Source of the DNA: Negaprion brevirostris
Taxonomy: Eukaryota
Direction of reading: 5' to 3'
Length of the DNA: 64,000 nucleotides
Assembly (NCBI GenBank): GCA_030324005.1
Contig: JARDVH010000163.1
Coordinates: forward strand, 34,812,842 to 34,876,841
The position numbers were made by a program, and so were the translations under genes. Under the pieces are notes generated by a model. The model was not told the DNA's origin. It worked only from the letters and a program-made list of their open reading frames with translations, and made no database searches. Of the stretch, positions 1 to 11,812 are shown one piece after another (within the stretch, counting starts at the first letter, position 1; each line of letters opens with the position of its first letter).

Positions 1-793
1 GGGGAGATCCATGAGAGGGAGGTGGATGTGGGGGGGGGGGGCGGGGGGTAATAGGGGGCGATGACCGTAGGGGATGGTGTGGCAGGTTGATAGGTCTCCC
101 ATATGCTAGGTACACTTGTACACACATTTGGGGGATCAGAGCACATGCCTAGCAGTCTACAGTCAGCCTCCCCAGCGAGCTTAGTCTATGCCCTCCGCAA
201 TCTCTACCCCCATGTACAACAACAAGCCCCCCACTCAGAATGCGGACACACAACTGGGCCTCACTCTTGCCACTTAGGCGCTACTGTCCCAGTTTGAGCA
301 GCAAGAGAGAGGGAAGTGCATGTGATGCAATGTGTTTCTCTCCCTTCACCCCTTATACGCCTGCTCTTAAGGCCTTCCCTCTTCATGCCCCAGCCCCATC
401 AGGCTCTATCCCTTGGCAGTGCCAACCTGGCACAGCAAAGGGCAGGTTACTTCCCTGCCTTGTTCCTAACCACTTGGGAATTACAGTGACCCCCAAGCCC
501 CTGGCATGGTCATCACGTCTGGTCTCCGAAAATGGAGACCAGTAGTGATTCCTACCAATGTTACACCACGCAGGGCGTGGGGGCATCTGATGAGGCTTTA
601 AACTGATTTTGAATATTTAAATGGATCAAAATATATGATAATCAAGCTCATGTCCTCACTGATTATGTTGCTGGGCAGGGAACAGAGAAGATCTCATTCT
701 GAGATTTCCCCATCACAAATGCTATTATGGCCCTCTGGCAAGAATTTTCCACCATAATGGGGTTTGTGCCTGCACCTATTGGGAAATCAGCCA
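1..793. mobile_element. GC-rich DNA-transposon remnant (Harbinger-like, non-coding part)
   Basis: G-rich composition and an end (gggaaatcagcc) resembling the termini of other Harbinger-like elements here; no diagnostic protein motif. Confidence 0.35.
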
Positions 794-1947
794 CATGGAG
801 TTTTGTTCTATTTCAGTGCGTTCCACTTGGGCCCAACCTTTTCACGTCTTTGATTTATTCCATCAAATAATCCAAGTAAAGAGAAAAAGAAAGAACCAGG
901 CACAGAAGCAACAACAAAGGAAATGTGCCCATGGGAACTATAGAAAAGGTCAGGATATAGAACAGCCGTATGCAAATGGAGGTTCCATCTACTCTGCCTG
1001 AACATTGGCTCTGTGAGAACCTTCTACTGTACCATGTGTCATCTCGAACCATACTGCTGGTATGAAATGAAACGGGTGTACCAAAGCTTATTTCACACAG
1101 AACCCTTACAGCCAACAAACAAAAAGTACGTTAATCTTTTTAACGGCCTGAGTTTAATTTGAATCCAAGTCCCAAAGGCAAAAGGCAGGTGACTAATCAA
1201 CTGCTTCATCCTGTTCCCCACATGTTATTTTGACAAAGATATTAAGCTACTCATTTCAATGGGTTAAAACCTTTGCTAAAATACCAGAAGAATCCCATAC
1301 AGGTTAGTTACTAATATCACCCAGCACAATTTTAATTTCCCTAGAAACTCGGAACAACCATCCATCAATGAGAAAGGAAGAACCACGAATGTGAGTTACA
1401 AATGCAAGGTAAACGAGCTGGTGAACGACACTCTAAAGAATACCAGAAAAAAAATTGTGTAGATCATAAAAACTTTATTCAGTGATATGCTGTATATTCA
1501 AATGTGACTAAGGTAAAGCATTTTATGGTAGATTTTGACAGATATTCCATGGTTCCCTTTTGCTCAGAAATAACTTCAAAGGCTTTCAGCTGTACCTGTG
1601 AGCAATTTGAATACGTTCTTCAATAATTCAGTGAACTTCCAGTAACACACTGTAGAGAAAAAGATGAGACTCACGGGCAGAGACACCACTTAGATTAAAC
1701 CAGTTATTTGTGTAATAATTGGCAAAACTAGTATATTGTCATCAACTCATTATTATTATTAGTCTTTCTTCAGTTAAAAAGGCATCATACAGATCCCAAA
1801 TAGCCTCTGAAAGGTTGGAAAATAAATAATGTATCGTCCTTAGAATTCTCGATATTCATTTAACATGGAGAGGAATTGTTTCATAAAATACTTAATTTAA
1901 GAGCATTTTCAAACTTGAAATTGCCAGCATTCAACCCTTTTGTGCAT

Positions 1948-2278
1948 GGCACGATGGCATAGTGGTTAACATTGTTACCTCACAGTGCCAGGGACCCGGG
2001 TCCAATTCCTGCCCCGGGTGACTGTCTGTGTGGAGTTTGCAGGTTCTCCCCATGACTGCATGGGTTTCCTCTGAGTGCTCCAGCTTCTCCCATAGTCCAA
2101 AGATATGCGGTTAGGTTGATTGGCCAAGTCAAATTGACCCTTACTGTCAGGGGGATTAGCAGGGTAAATAAGGGAGGTGGGGGTGGTTTACAGGGATAGG
2201 GCCTGGGTGGGACTGTTGTTGGTGCAGGCTTGATGGGCTAAATGGCCTCCTCCTGCACTGTAGGGATTCTATAATTCT
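1948..2278 (+). mobile_element. HE1-type V-SINE, CR1-type tail
   Basis: tRNA-like head (tggcatagtggtta...gggtccaattcc), V-domain (tgtgtggagtttgca...gggtttcctc), tail gatgggctaaatggcctcctcctgcactgtagggattct. Confidence 0.9.
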
Positions 2279-2599
2279 TTTAACTGTGCACCTTCTCATG
2301 TGCAAGCTGTCAGAAAGAACAACGGTAGTTTAAAACAACATAATGGCTGGTGTCTATCACATTATTGTAAACCAAACAACCTTTAAATTGTTAACTGCAG
2401 AAAGCCAGGCATTTGCCAACAAATCCTTATTTTGTTAGTTTTGTTAATAAGTGATTAAAAACTGACAGAGATCTGGAGCAATATGCTTGGCATAAAGCTT
2501 ATAGCATTATACATGAAACAATTTGCTAGTACAGCACCACCTGTCAAATCTTCCTCTGCAATGTGAATTCTGTTGCTGTTAAACACATTTTCAGAATGT

Positions 2600-3020
2600 T
2601 CTCATTTTTCTTCTGCTTTCGCCTGCTCATCCCTCCAGAAGTAATTGATTTCTCACCGTAGTACAGTTATTCAGGTGCCAAAAATCCTCCAGCATCACAC
2701 TAAAGATGCCACTATTTATGTGTGAGCCTAGTAATGAGCTTTAGCAGGATATACAAACACATTTGCGTCACAACCAAGTCTGATATTATCCACACCACAC
2801 ATCCGTACATTTGCATTTCCTACAGACAACTTTGAAAAGCATTCAAAGCCAGGGACCCTGAAAGATTTTCTCCTTTCCGAATCAAAATTGCCGAGGGCAA
2901 TTGTACTACCTTTGCTGCCACTCTAGCTTGCATATCTCGGTCGGTGCAGAGGATCAGGTATTGAACCGATGACCTTCCGGATCTGTATGCGCAGTGGATT
3001 AAAATTGCTGAACTGTCAGG
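2600..3020 (-). mobile_element. Old, diverged tRNA-derived SINE
   Basis: Minus strand has a B-box-like ggttcaatacc followed by a body (tacaattgccctc...ctaggctcacacat) resembling an old shark SINE family. Confidence 0.45.
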
Positions 3021-4456
3021 GAACTCTCAGCTCATGTTTATATGTAATAGCTACCTGGCAAAAAAAAATGAATATTGAAACATGCCCGCAGAGCGGCACA
3101 CAGGGAATTGCAATATTTCGTCATGGAATGAACGAATTGGACAAAATTACAATCTGTTCCAGCTCCTCAACAATTATGCTTCAGTCAAGCTAGATTTTCA
3201 TTCGGATAACTACAAATGGAAAAACATTTTACCCAATGGATAAGGAAACAAAAATATCCTGGGTCTGAAGCTTCATTAATGCAGCCAGGCATGTGTCTAG
3301 GATGTCAATGCAATTTTCAGGTGCGAATGGGCAGAGAAGTTGCCGCACGCGCTCTGTCCATTGATATTTGACATAGGCCAATTCAACCAGTGGGCCTCAA
3401 AATCATTTCAAAATCATTTTTCTGGGGTCAGGGAGATCATTATATTTTCCTGGCCTAATGCCCTGGGATTGCAAGAAGCCACATGAAGATTTAATTTCCA
3501 GCTCTGTGGAATAGCATTCGGATTTCCTACCTACTCCCTCCCCCCAGGTAAATGAGTTAAACATCAGCACTTACTCTCATAGTAGAAACACAGTGTTTCA
3601 GTAGAAACTGCTTCAGTCCATANNNNNNNNNNNNNNNNNNNNNNNNNNNNNNNNNNNNNNNNNNNNNNNNNNNNNNNNNNNNNNNNNNNNNNNNNNNNNN
3701 NNNNNNNNNNNNNNNNNNNNNNNNNNNNNNNNNNNNNNNNNNNNNNNNNNNNNNNNNNNNNNNNNNNNNNNNNNNNNNNNNNNNNNNNNNNNNNNNNNNN
3801 NNNNNNNNNNNNNNNNNNNNNNNNNNNNNNNNNNNNNNNNNNNNNNNNNNNNNNNNNNNNNNNNNTCCACCCCCTGGCACTGGGCGACAATGCTGCTGGC
3901 GAGACGGACAGCATTACAGCAATATTGAAATCACACCCCACCATAGTCAATTATGACCACCGACAGGAAGCTGCCTCTAGTCCTGATCCCTTCACCCTGT
4001 ACATCACTTTTCCCAGCCTCTACTCCTCTTTGCTCCCCTTTCCTGTTTTCTTTTCATCTTCAGTTCCTCAAGCAACTCTCACAGCCACTGTCTCTCACCC
4101 TCCTTATCTCCTCTCCATCACCCCTTTTCTTCACCCATCCATTTTCCTCTTTCACTTGCCCGCTCCTTTCTGGGTCTTAAGGTCCAGTTATTTCCATGCC
4201 GTCTAATATTGTGTGACCTGAATCTCACACTTAGTTTTCTCCATGCGAGGATAAATGAGATCACCTCATGGGAATATTAAATAAAAAATGGATAATTAAA
4301 CAAGTACAGAAGGACTGTAAGTTAGAAAAGAAAGAATTTGGATATCAATGTCCGGGAATATTGTGACAAAGGGACAAGGAATATTGTGACAAAAGAAAGG
4401 CTAATGGCAGAATTTTATCAAAAAATGGAAAAGGGTAGGATCTTGAGCCCACTCAT

Positions 4457-4808
4457 GGGGCGACACAGTGGGACTGGGGTTAACACTACTGCCTCACAAC
4501 GCCAGGGAGCCATGTTCAATTCTGGTCTTGGGTGACCGTCTGTGAGGAGTTTGCATGTTTTCCCCATGTCTGCGTGGGTTTCCTCCGGATGCTCCGGTTT
4601 CCTCCCACAATCTGAAGGTGTGCAGTTAGGTGGATTGGCCAAACTAAATTGCACCCTAGTGTCCAAAGATGTGTAGGTCAGGGAGGATAAGTGGAATAAA
4701 TTTGTGGTGCTACAGGCATAGGACCTGGGTAAGATGCTCTGTCAAAGAGTCGGGGCAGACTTGATGGGCCTAATGGCCTCCTTCTGCATTGTAAGTATTC
4801 TATGATTC
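4457..4808 (+). mobile_element. HE1-type V-SINE, CR1-type tail
   Basis: Same head, V-domain and tail as 1948-2278; ends attctatgattc. Confidence 0.9.
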
Positions 4809-4809
4809 A

Positions 4810-6563
4810 CTCCCTCCATCCACGGAAATGGCAAGCTCAATAGTGGAGAGTTTGAAAAAATGTGATTCTCACCGGCAACAGTACATTTTCCTATTTTGAA
4901 AGAATCTTACCGACAGAGTGATAGGGAACAAGTCGGGGAGGGACATGAACCTAATTTGAATGCATCAGCAAATCATTAGCGAGCTCTCATAATGGATATT
5001 GAGTCCGCACCAAACATTCAGCTGGTGCTGGCATGATGTCACATCATTTACAACAGGTCTTGGAGTGGGTGATCGGTGGAGATTGGGGTAGTTGGAGGAT
5101 GTGCAGGTCAGATGCCATGCAATAATAGAGGCTCAATGCTATTCATCCTGTTGGAGTATAGAGGAGGCTACGTGGGGATATGGCTGTAGTGTCAGAGGGA
5201 ATAGTGTGCCAGAGAGCAGAAATTTACCCAGGTAATGAGAAGCACGTGGGTGGAAGTCACAGATGTAAGGAGTAATAAGAGTGAGCGCTCACTGTGGTGT
5301 CCTCACTCTCTCAGTCCATGATCATCAGAATCATGGAACTTGTTGAGTTGACCTTTCTACTGATCAGGATTGACCAGCAGCAGAGACAATGATGTGCTGC
5401 TGAGCATGGCCAGGACCAGTGTCCTGCAGCTGCACAGGGAACAGGAGCACATCTGGAGGAACTACATCGGAGACAGTACCAGCCAAGAATCAGCTGTCTG
5501 AACTGCAGTGCTGGAGAAGACTGCATCTGTCCCAAGGGCAGAGGACCAACTCTGCACAAACTGACACTGCATGGAGGACATCCAATACCTGTGGCTCTTA
5601 AACTTACAGCCACTCTGAACTTTCATGCGAGCAGTTCATTCCAGGGCACTACAGGACACATCTCCCAGTTTTCCACTCGAAAATTCACTGGGGGGAGTGA
5701 CAGATGCCCTCTATGCATGGGCTGATGGGTGTATCAACTTTGACAAGACCAGGCAAGCACTGATGCCAGGAGCATGGACTTCGCTGACCTAGCAGGTATG
5801 CCCCAACTGCAAGATCTGATACCTACCTGGCTTCTTAAGTTACCATGGCATCAATCGGAACTGCAAAGAACTCCACTCCCTCAATTTGCAACTTAGTTGC
5901 GACCATATGATGCACTTCATGCAGGTGTGTGCCCATTTCCCGGGAAGCAGTGTCTTGACAGCTACATCTTGGGCCTCTTGCAAATCCCAGCTGTCTTTAT
6001 GGGACAGCAGTGGCTGGAGGGATTGCTCCTTTGAGACAAGGGGTACCCACTCAGAAGGTGGCCAGTACCGAGGCTTCGATACAATGAGGCTCACACTTTA
6101 ACACGTGTTGGTGGAGTAGGCGATAAGACTGTTGAAGATGCGGTTCCAGTGCCTGGACCTGTCAGGAGAATGCCCTACAGTACAGCGCCCAGAGGGTCTC
6201 CTGCATTATTGTGGTCTGCTGTACTCTCCACAACCTAGCGCTGCAGAGGGGAAACAACTTAGAGGAGAGGGGCAAGCATCAGATCTCCTAGGATGAGGAG
6301 GATGTTGAGGAAGCGGTGGGCCTGATGATGCCTAGAAGGAGGAGGAAGAACACTGAGCAGTGGATAGGGCCAGAATTAGCCGACAAGCAAAGGATGTATG
6401 TTCCCAAAGGACATTCTCTTCCTCCTCCCCGGTCAGCGTGAGGGCTCTCTCTTCAAACAGCATGAAGCTTCTGAGCTCTGGAATTACTCAGACTGGATTT
6501 CCCTGATTTTCATCTCGCGTTGCTGTTTTCCCTGATGGCAAGCACGGACTGAAAATTGCCCCC
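4810..6563 (+). mobile_element. Decayed PIF/Harbinger transposon with HARBI1-like transposase pseudogene (about 5470-6250)
   Basis: Frameshifted peptides GGHPIPVALKLTATLNFHASSSFQG, HSLNLQLSCDH..MQVCAHFPGS, DKGYPL, YNEAH, LLKMRFQCLD, LQYSAQRVSCIIVVCCTLHNLA; right end gaaaattgcccc. Confidence 0.9.
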
Positions 6564-7337
6564 ATATGTCAATTTCCCTGAGCTGTTAGTAATTCATTCA
6601 GCAATCTAATTTACTGTATGAATTGAGGTGTTGGTTCTTCTAAGTGTGTTTTGCCAAATTATTTCCCTTTGATTAATTACCCTGCCGCATTGAATTCTGA
6701 TGCTCATTGTGCACGCTTTAGCTTTTCAAGCTTTTATTATGATAACCTCGTCAGTAAATTATGAGAGTTTAATTAAATAAATGCACCCTTTCATTTGTTT
6801 AATGTGCTTCTTGTTTATTATATGATTTATTTCATAAACATCAGAGAGTGAATTGCATAGATTTTTGTACTCGAGTTATAATTTTTCTAAATGATTAAGA
6901 TCGTTAACTGGTGAGATACGAGTTTTTACATAATGGCTGATGACTGTAAGGGGACTAAATGAAATGAGGTTCAGAAGTTTAAATCTAGTTTCTAGCAAGT
7001 ACACAAAGTTAAACATAATTCAAATTAAATGGCACTAAAATAGCAATTTCAATGTCTGTAATGAAGCTTGATGCTTAGGAAATGAACAGTAGACTGGAGC
7101 AACATTTCCTATCATGACAGTTTTGTTGGAGTAGTTACTTCACTGCCTCAGAACTTTACAAGATCTGATTTGAGAGTATTTTGTAATATTAGTCAGGATT
7201 TTCCTGCAGATTTGGGGATCCCAGGATTCCAAACCAGTCTTGAACCTGCGCTTGCTGGGAGCCAAACTGGCAAAGCTATTTATCGGAGGTGGCCATAATT
7301 GATTGGTTACCATTGGATACTTCCATCCTTAACAGCT

Positions 7338-7635
7338 GGCATGACAGCTGAGTGTTTAGGATTGCTGCCTCAAAGTGCCAGGGATCTGGGTTCGATTCCC
7401 GGCTTGGATTGCTGTCTGTGCGGAGTCTGCACATTCTCCACGCATCTGCGTGGGTTTCCTCAGGGTGTTCTGGTTTCCTCCAATAGTGCATACTAGTTAG
7501 GTGCATTGACCATGCTAAATGCACCCTCACTGTATCCGAACAGGTGCTGGAGTGTGGCAGCTAGGGGATTTTCACAGTAACTGCACTGCAGTATTAATGT
7601 AAACCTACTTGTGACACTAATAAATAAACTTTTAA
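7338..7635 (+). mobile_element. V-SINE, alternative (type B) tail
   Basis: V-domain, then ggagtgtggcagctaggggattttcacagtaac...cttgtgacactaataaataaact. Confidence 0.9.
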
Positions 7636-8071
7636 NNNNNNNNNNNNNNNNNNNNNNNNNNNNNNNNNNNNNNNNNNNNNNNNNNNNNNNNNNNNNNNNN
7701 NNNNNNNNNNNNNNNNNNNNNNNNNNNNNNNNNNNAACTTTTTAACATCCTATTTCAGATGGCAAGCGGGCTTCCAATGTTGCTAGCCCAATTCAAGGGC
7801 CAGTAGCTCGAGAACCTTGGCAGTGTTGCTTGGCAAGGTGAATGATGCTGAGGCTGTAACAGACCTCAAGGGTGTTTCCAAATTGAGGTAACCTCAGATG
7901 TCTAAATGTAATTCAATATTTTAGAGGAGCAATGCAACAGGATCCTTGGGAATTGGAGGGGAAACTCCTCTGCTTTAATCATTGTGGCTGCAGGGAATGC
8001 CTTTCTCACCCACAGAGTAGCTATCAAGCCTTCCAGAGTCTGGTGTGTTTGTGTGTGTGTGTGTAGGATGG

Positions 8072-8305
8072 GGGGTGGAATTCCACTGCCAGCAGAATGG
8101 CTGCAAGGCCAGAGAATTACCCTTAATTTGAATCTTAATTATGTATATTGATTGCCTGTCTCTGTTATACTGGTATCTGATCCGCATTTCCTGCACACCC
8201 CAGGAAGTTTTTGGAATTCAGCCGAGGAGCCATCCCTAGTTTCCTGGCACCCGGCCCCTGCCCCACTCCTCAAAACCCAAAACCACAGGGCTAAAAAATT
8301 CTGGG
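8072..8305. mobile_element. Non-autonomous Harbinger-like MITE remnant
   Basis: Begins gggtggaattcc and ends aaaattctgggc, like other MITE termini in the window. Confidence 0.4.
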
Positions 8306-9894
8306 CATTGAATGCAGAAATCAACATTCTTCATTCACTGGCGAATTGCAATCTTTCACAGTAAGAAGTATAAAATTTCACTTCTGTTAATAAAAAAGCA
8401 TAATCCTTTCTTCCTGTCTGCTTTGAAACTAGTTTTAAGGTGGGTTCATGGTTCACTATAAAATGGTTAAACTTCAACTTACACATATCTTACAGTTAGA
8501 AAACATTTCCAACTAAATGGACATGAACCAGAGTCATAAAAATGAATGGTCACTTTGCAGTGTAGCTTGGCATAACATATTAAGGACATTTATCACAAGT
8601 AATGGCCTCCAAATCATTTAAAAAGAGTGTCAGTACTCAAGAACTGCAGGTTCCACACAACAATATTGCAGATATAATGAAGAAATAGGAGTAATAGAAC
8701 ATTTACCTTTTGTGCTCTGACATTCAATAAGATCAGGACTGATCCAATTGTGGCTTTATCTCAACTTCCCTACCTGTCCCCTCCCACCCCCACACTACCT
8801 CTCCCCCCCCTCAATAACCTTTGACTTCCTTGTAGATTAAAACTGGTAGATCAAGACGCTACATTCACTTGAATATTTACTGTAGAATGTTATGTGAATG
8901 AAACCTGCATTTTTTTTTGATACAGAGGATACTGCTCTATACCATAATGTACAGTACATCCGTTAGAGGAACCTGTTAACTTGGGGTTTAAAAGAGACAG
9001 CTGCAAGGAAGAAGCCTGCAGTCATTACAGGAATTTTAAAGCCAATTACTGTCCAGCACTCCAGCCTGTGTGGTATAGTATTTTGATTCTGACATAAATT
9101 TTTCCATGAAAAACCTTGTCCTTAGAAACCTAATTCTGGCTTTAACATTGATTCCTATGGGAAGCCATGCTTCACTTAAAGTGATAGTTTTTAGAAATGT
9201 AACCAGCACTTTCAGTGAGGACTCTCCATACAGAGTGAACTCATACAAGTGTAATATTTTCAATGCCTTGTGGGTGCTGGAATAAAGATTTTTCAAATGA
9301 AAGGAGCAAGGACAAAATGAAAGCCCATCTATTTGGTTCACCAATCTATCCAAAGCGGACATAAATCTCTCCAATGTGTACAGTTGAGATTTCACCAGAT
9401 TAGTAATTTATAGTGAAAACCTAGGTACAACATCCTGGTACTACACAAACTGAAACCAGACACCTCTACACTTAGATCCATCATGTTAATACTCCTTTTG
9501 CAGGCTGATAATAACCATTTTATTTTTGTTTAGTCTCCCTGAATCTCTCTTCTGTCCTGTTCCAAAGAGCAGGGACATGGCATTACCTCCAGTGAGCCAT
9601 GTCCTGGACTGTTCCTTCCATCAGCACCTGCTATTAGTATGTGCTGAGTGTTTCACCATGTGTGCATCTCTCTGGCTCATTGTGTAACCCAAACAGAGCA
9701 CCAGTTTTTATGTTGGCACTTTGAAGGGATGAAACAGGTGATAGTACGTCCTCAGGAAGATGGTTTTGCGAGTCATTGTTGCCTGCTGTTTTCCTGCCAG
9801 TGTTTTCCATTAATGATGGTGGAAATAGAACCACTCAGATGATATTTTAAAGTTTAAAATTAATTTATTAGTGTCATAAATAGGCTTATGAGAT

Positions 9895-10207
9895 GGGATG
9901 GTGGCACAGTAGTTGGCACTGCTGTCTCACAGCACCAGGGACTCAGGTTCGATTCTCGGCTCCGGAGACTCTCTGTGTGGAATCTGCACATTCTCCCCAT
10001 GTCTGTGTGGGTTTCCTCCGGGTGGGCTTGTTCCCTCCCACAGTCCAAAAGACGTGCTGGTTAGGTGCATTGGCTGCGCTAAATTCTCCCTCAGTGCAGC
10101 CAAACAGGCCCCGGAGTGTGGCAACCAGGGGATTTTCACAGTGACTTCATTGCTATGTTAATGTAAGCCTATTTGTGACACTAATAAATAAACTTTAAAC
10201 ATTAAAA
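9895..10207 (+). mobile_element. V-SINE, type B tail
   Basis: Head tggcacagtagttggcactgc, B box ggttcgattct, V-domain, tail tgtgacactaataaataaacttt. Confidence 0.9.
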
Positions 10208-11603
10208 CTATTCATTCATCTGGAGGCTCCTTCCTTCTGTGAGAGAGAAAACGCCATGATCTGCTCTTTCAAATGAGCTGATTGGCCCATCTAATAACAC
10301 TTTCCAATGTGATATGAAGCATAAACCTGCAAATAATTTTATTTGGTATTATTGATTTCTTTTCTCCTTTCATGAACAGTAATGAAAGTGATTTCAAGAT
10401 TATTTTCGTTTTTATGATTTGAAGAAAGGTGTATTAGAAAGGCAGCCAGCAGCACCAATCTTTGGAAGAAACTGTTCCCACTTTTCATTTCACAACTCAT
10501 TGCACAGTGCCTTACTACCTTGGATTTTAAAGAGACATCTTTCACAGGAGTAATAATCCTCTCACAGAGCGAGGGCGGAACATTTAATGCTCAGCTCAGC
10601 AAATTCCAAAATAGCAATTATTGACGGGGCAGGTTTAAAACATGCATGAGGGCAGTCTGCAAGAGAAAAAAAAATCTAAATGGCAGAAGATAGATAACAG
10701 CGACCTTTGTTGAGTAATACCAATGAGCAGAACCTCTATTTGAGCAAATGGATGATCTGAACTACAACATAGAAGATACTGTTTTAATCTTTCAACTCTG
10801 TCAAGCTATTCTTCTCTCATTCATGACTTGTCCCTTCTGATCAGTTTATTTTACATCTGTGACTACTTGCTGAATGAACACATTTGTTGGTTACCTGAAT
10901 ATGAGTATTTACTTGACTAGCTGCAGGATTTGAAACGCCACACTGAAGTCATCCAGCATTAGTATATTTTTCAGGTTTAACTCTCTTTTACGAGATGTAC
11001 ACTTGTCTTGTCTCATTTTAGAATAGTGTATATTTTGAATTTTCCAGAGGATTGCATTATACCTTTAGCCATGACAGTCAGTTTTATTAAAGCACACTCC
11101 TGGTGCATAGATTTGCATGCTGTGAGTTTAGCCAGATTCAGGCATGCCTACAATGATTTTCTGCCCATTAGCTTTGATTTAAATTTTGCTTCCTCTTCCA
11201 TTTCAGAACTGAACATTCTGTTATACATTTCCAGCCAATTCTCAGATTAATTTCAAAATTACAGGGCCCTCTGCCAGGATTTATGACTGTGCTCCCCGAC
11301 AATGCCTCACATTGGGAATAAAATGTGTAAACCTGCTCTTGCATTACTGAAGCCAGAGCTATTGTTTTTTCAAAAAAAGCCAGATCAAAATATCAGTGTT
11401 TTGTTTTGCAGAAGATAATAAATATCCATGTTATGCCTGCCACCCACAGCACCAGCTTCCTGCCTAGCACCCCACCTACTACCAAATAACTCTGGATGGA
11501 CAAGATTTACCTACTGCTGACCCTGCCAGAATTCCCAGATTTTGTAATGGACCTTGGAAGATCAGGTGCACAACTCTTGAGCAGAATGGGGCAGGAGGGA
11601 ACT

Positions 11604-11812
11604 TAGAATCATAGAATCCCTACAGTGCAGAAGGAGGCCATTCAGCCTTTTGACTCTGCCCCGACTTTCTGACCGTGTATAACACCCAGGCCCTCTCCCC
11701 TGCTACACCCTGCACATTTACCATGGCTGCTCCATCTAACTTACACATCTTGGGTCACTTAAGGGGCAATTTACCATGGCCAGTCTGTCTAACCCTGCAC
11801 GTCTTTGGACTG
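11604..11812 (-). mobile_element. 3' part of HE1-type V-SINE
   Basis: tagaatcatagaatccctacagtgcagaaggaggccattc is the reverse complement of the CR1-type tail. Confidence 0.85.

Noticed and set aside
817-949. Possible + strand exon (ttttgttctatttcag ... AAAG|gtcagg) reading RSTWAQPFHVFDLF...
   Set aside because: Isolated, A-rich and low complexity, with no recognisable protein or partner exons.
1948-2030. tRNA-like A/B boxes in SINE heads as tRNA genes
   Set aside because: They continue into SINE bodies and do not form complete cloverleaves.
9036-9395. 119-aa minus-strand ORF
   Set aside because: No recognisable motif or splice context; length compatible with chance.
10519-10656. Minus-strand segment with a strong acceptor (tttttttttctcttgcag)
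   Set aside because: Stops in all three frames and only weak donors. It could be a non-coding exon or an enhancer, but I cannot support either.
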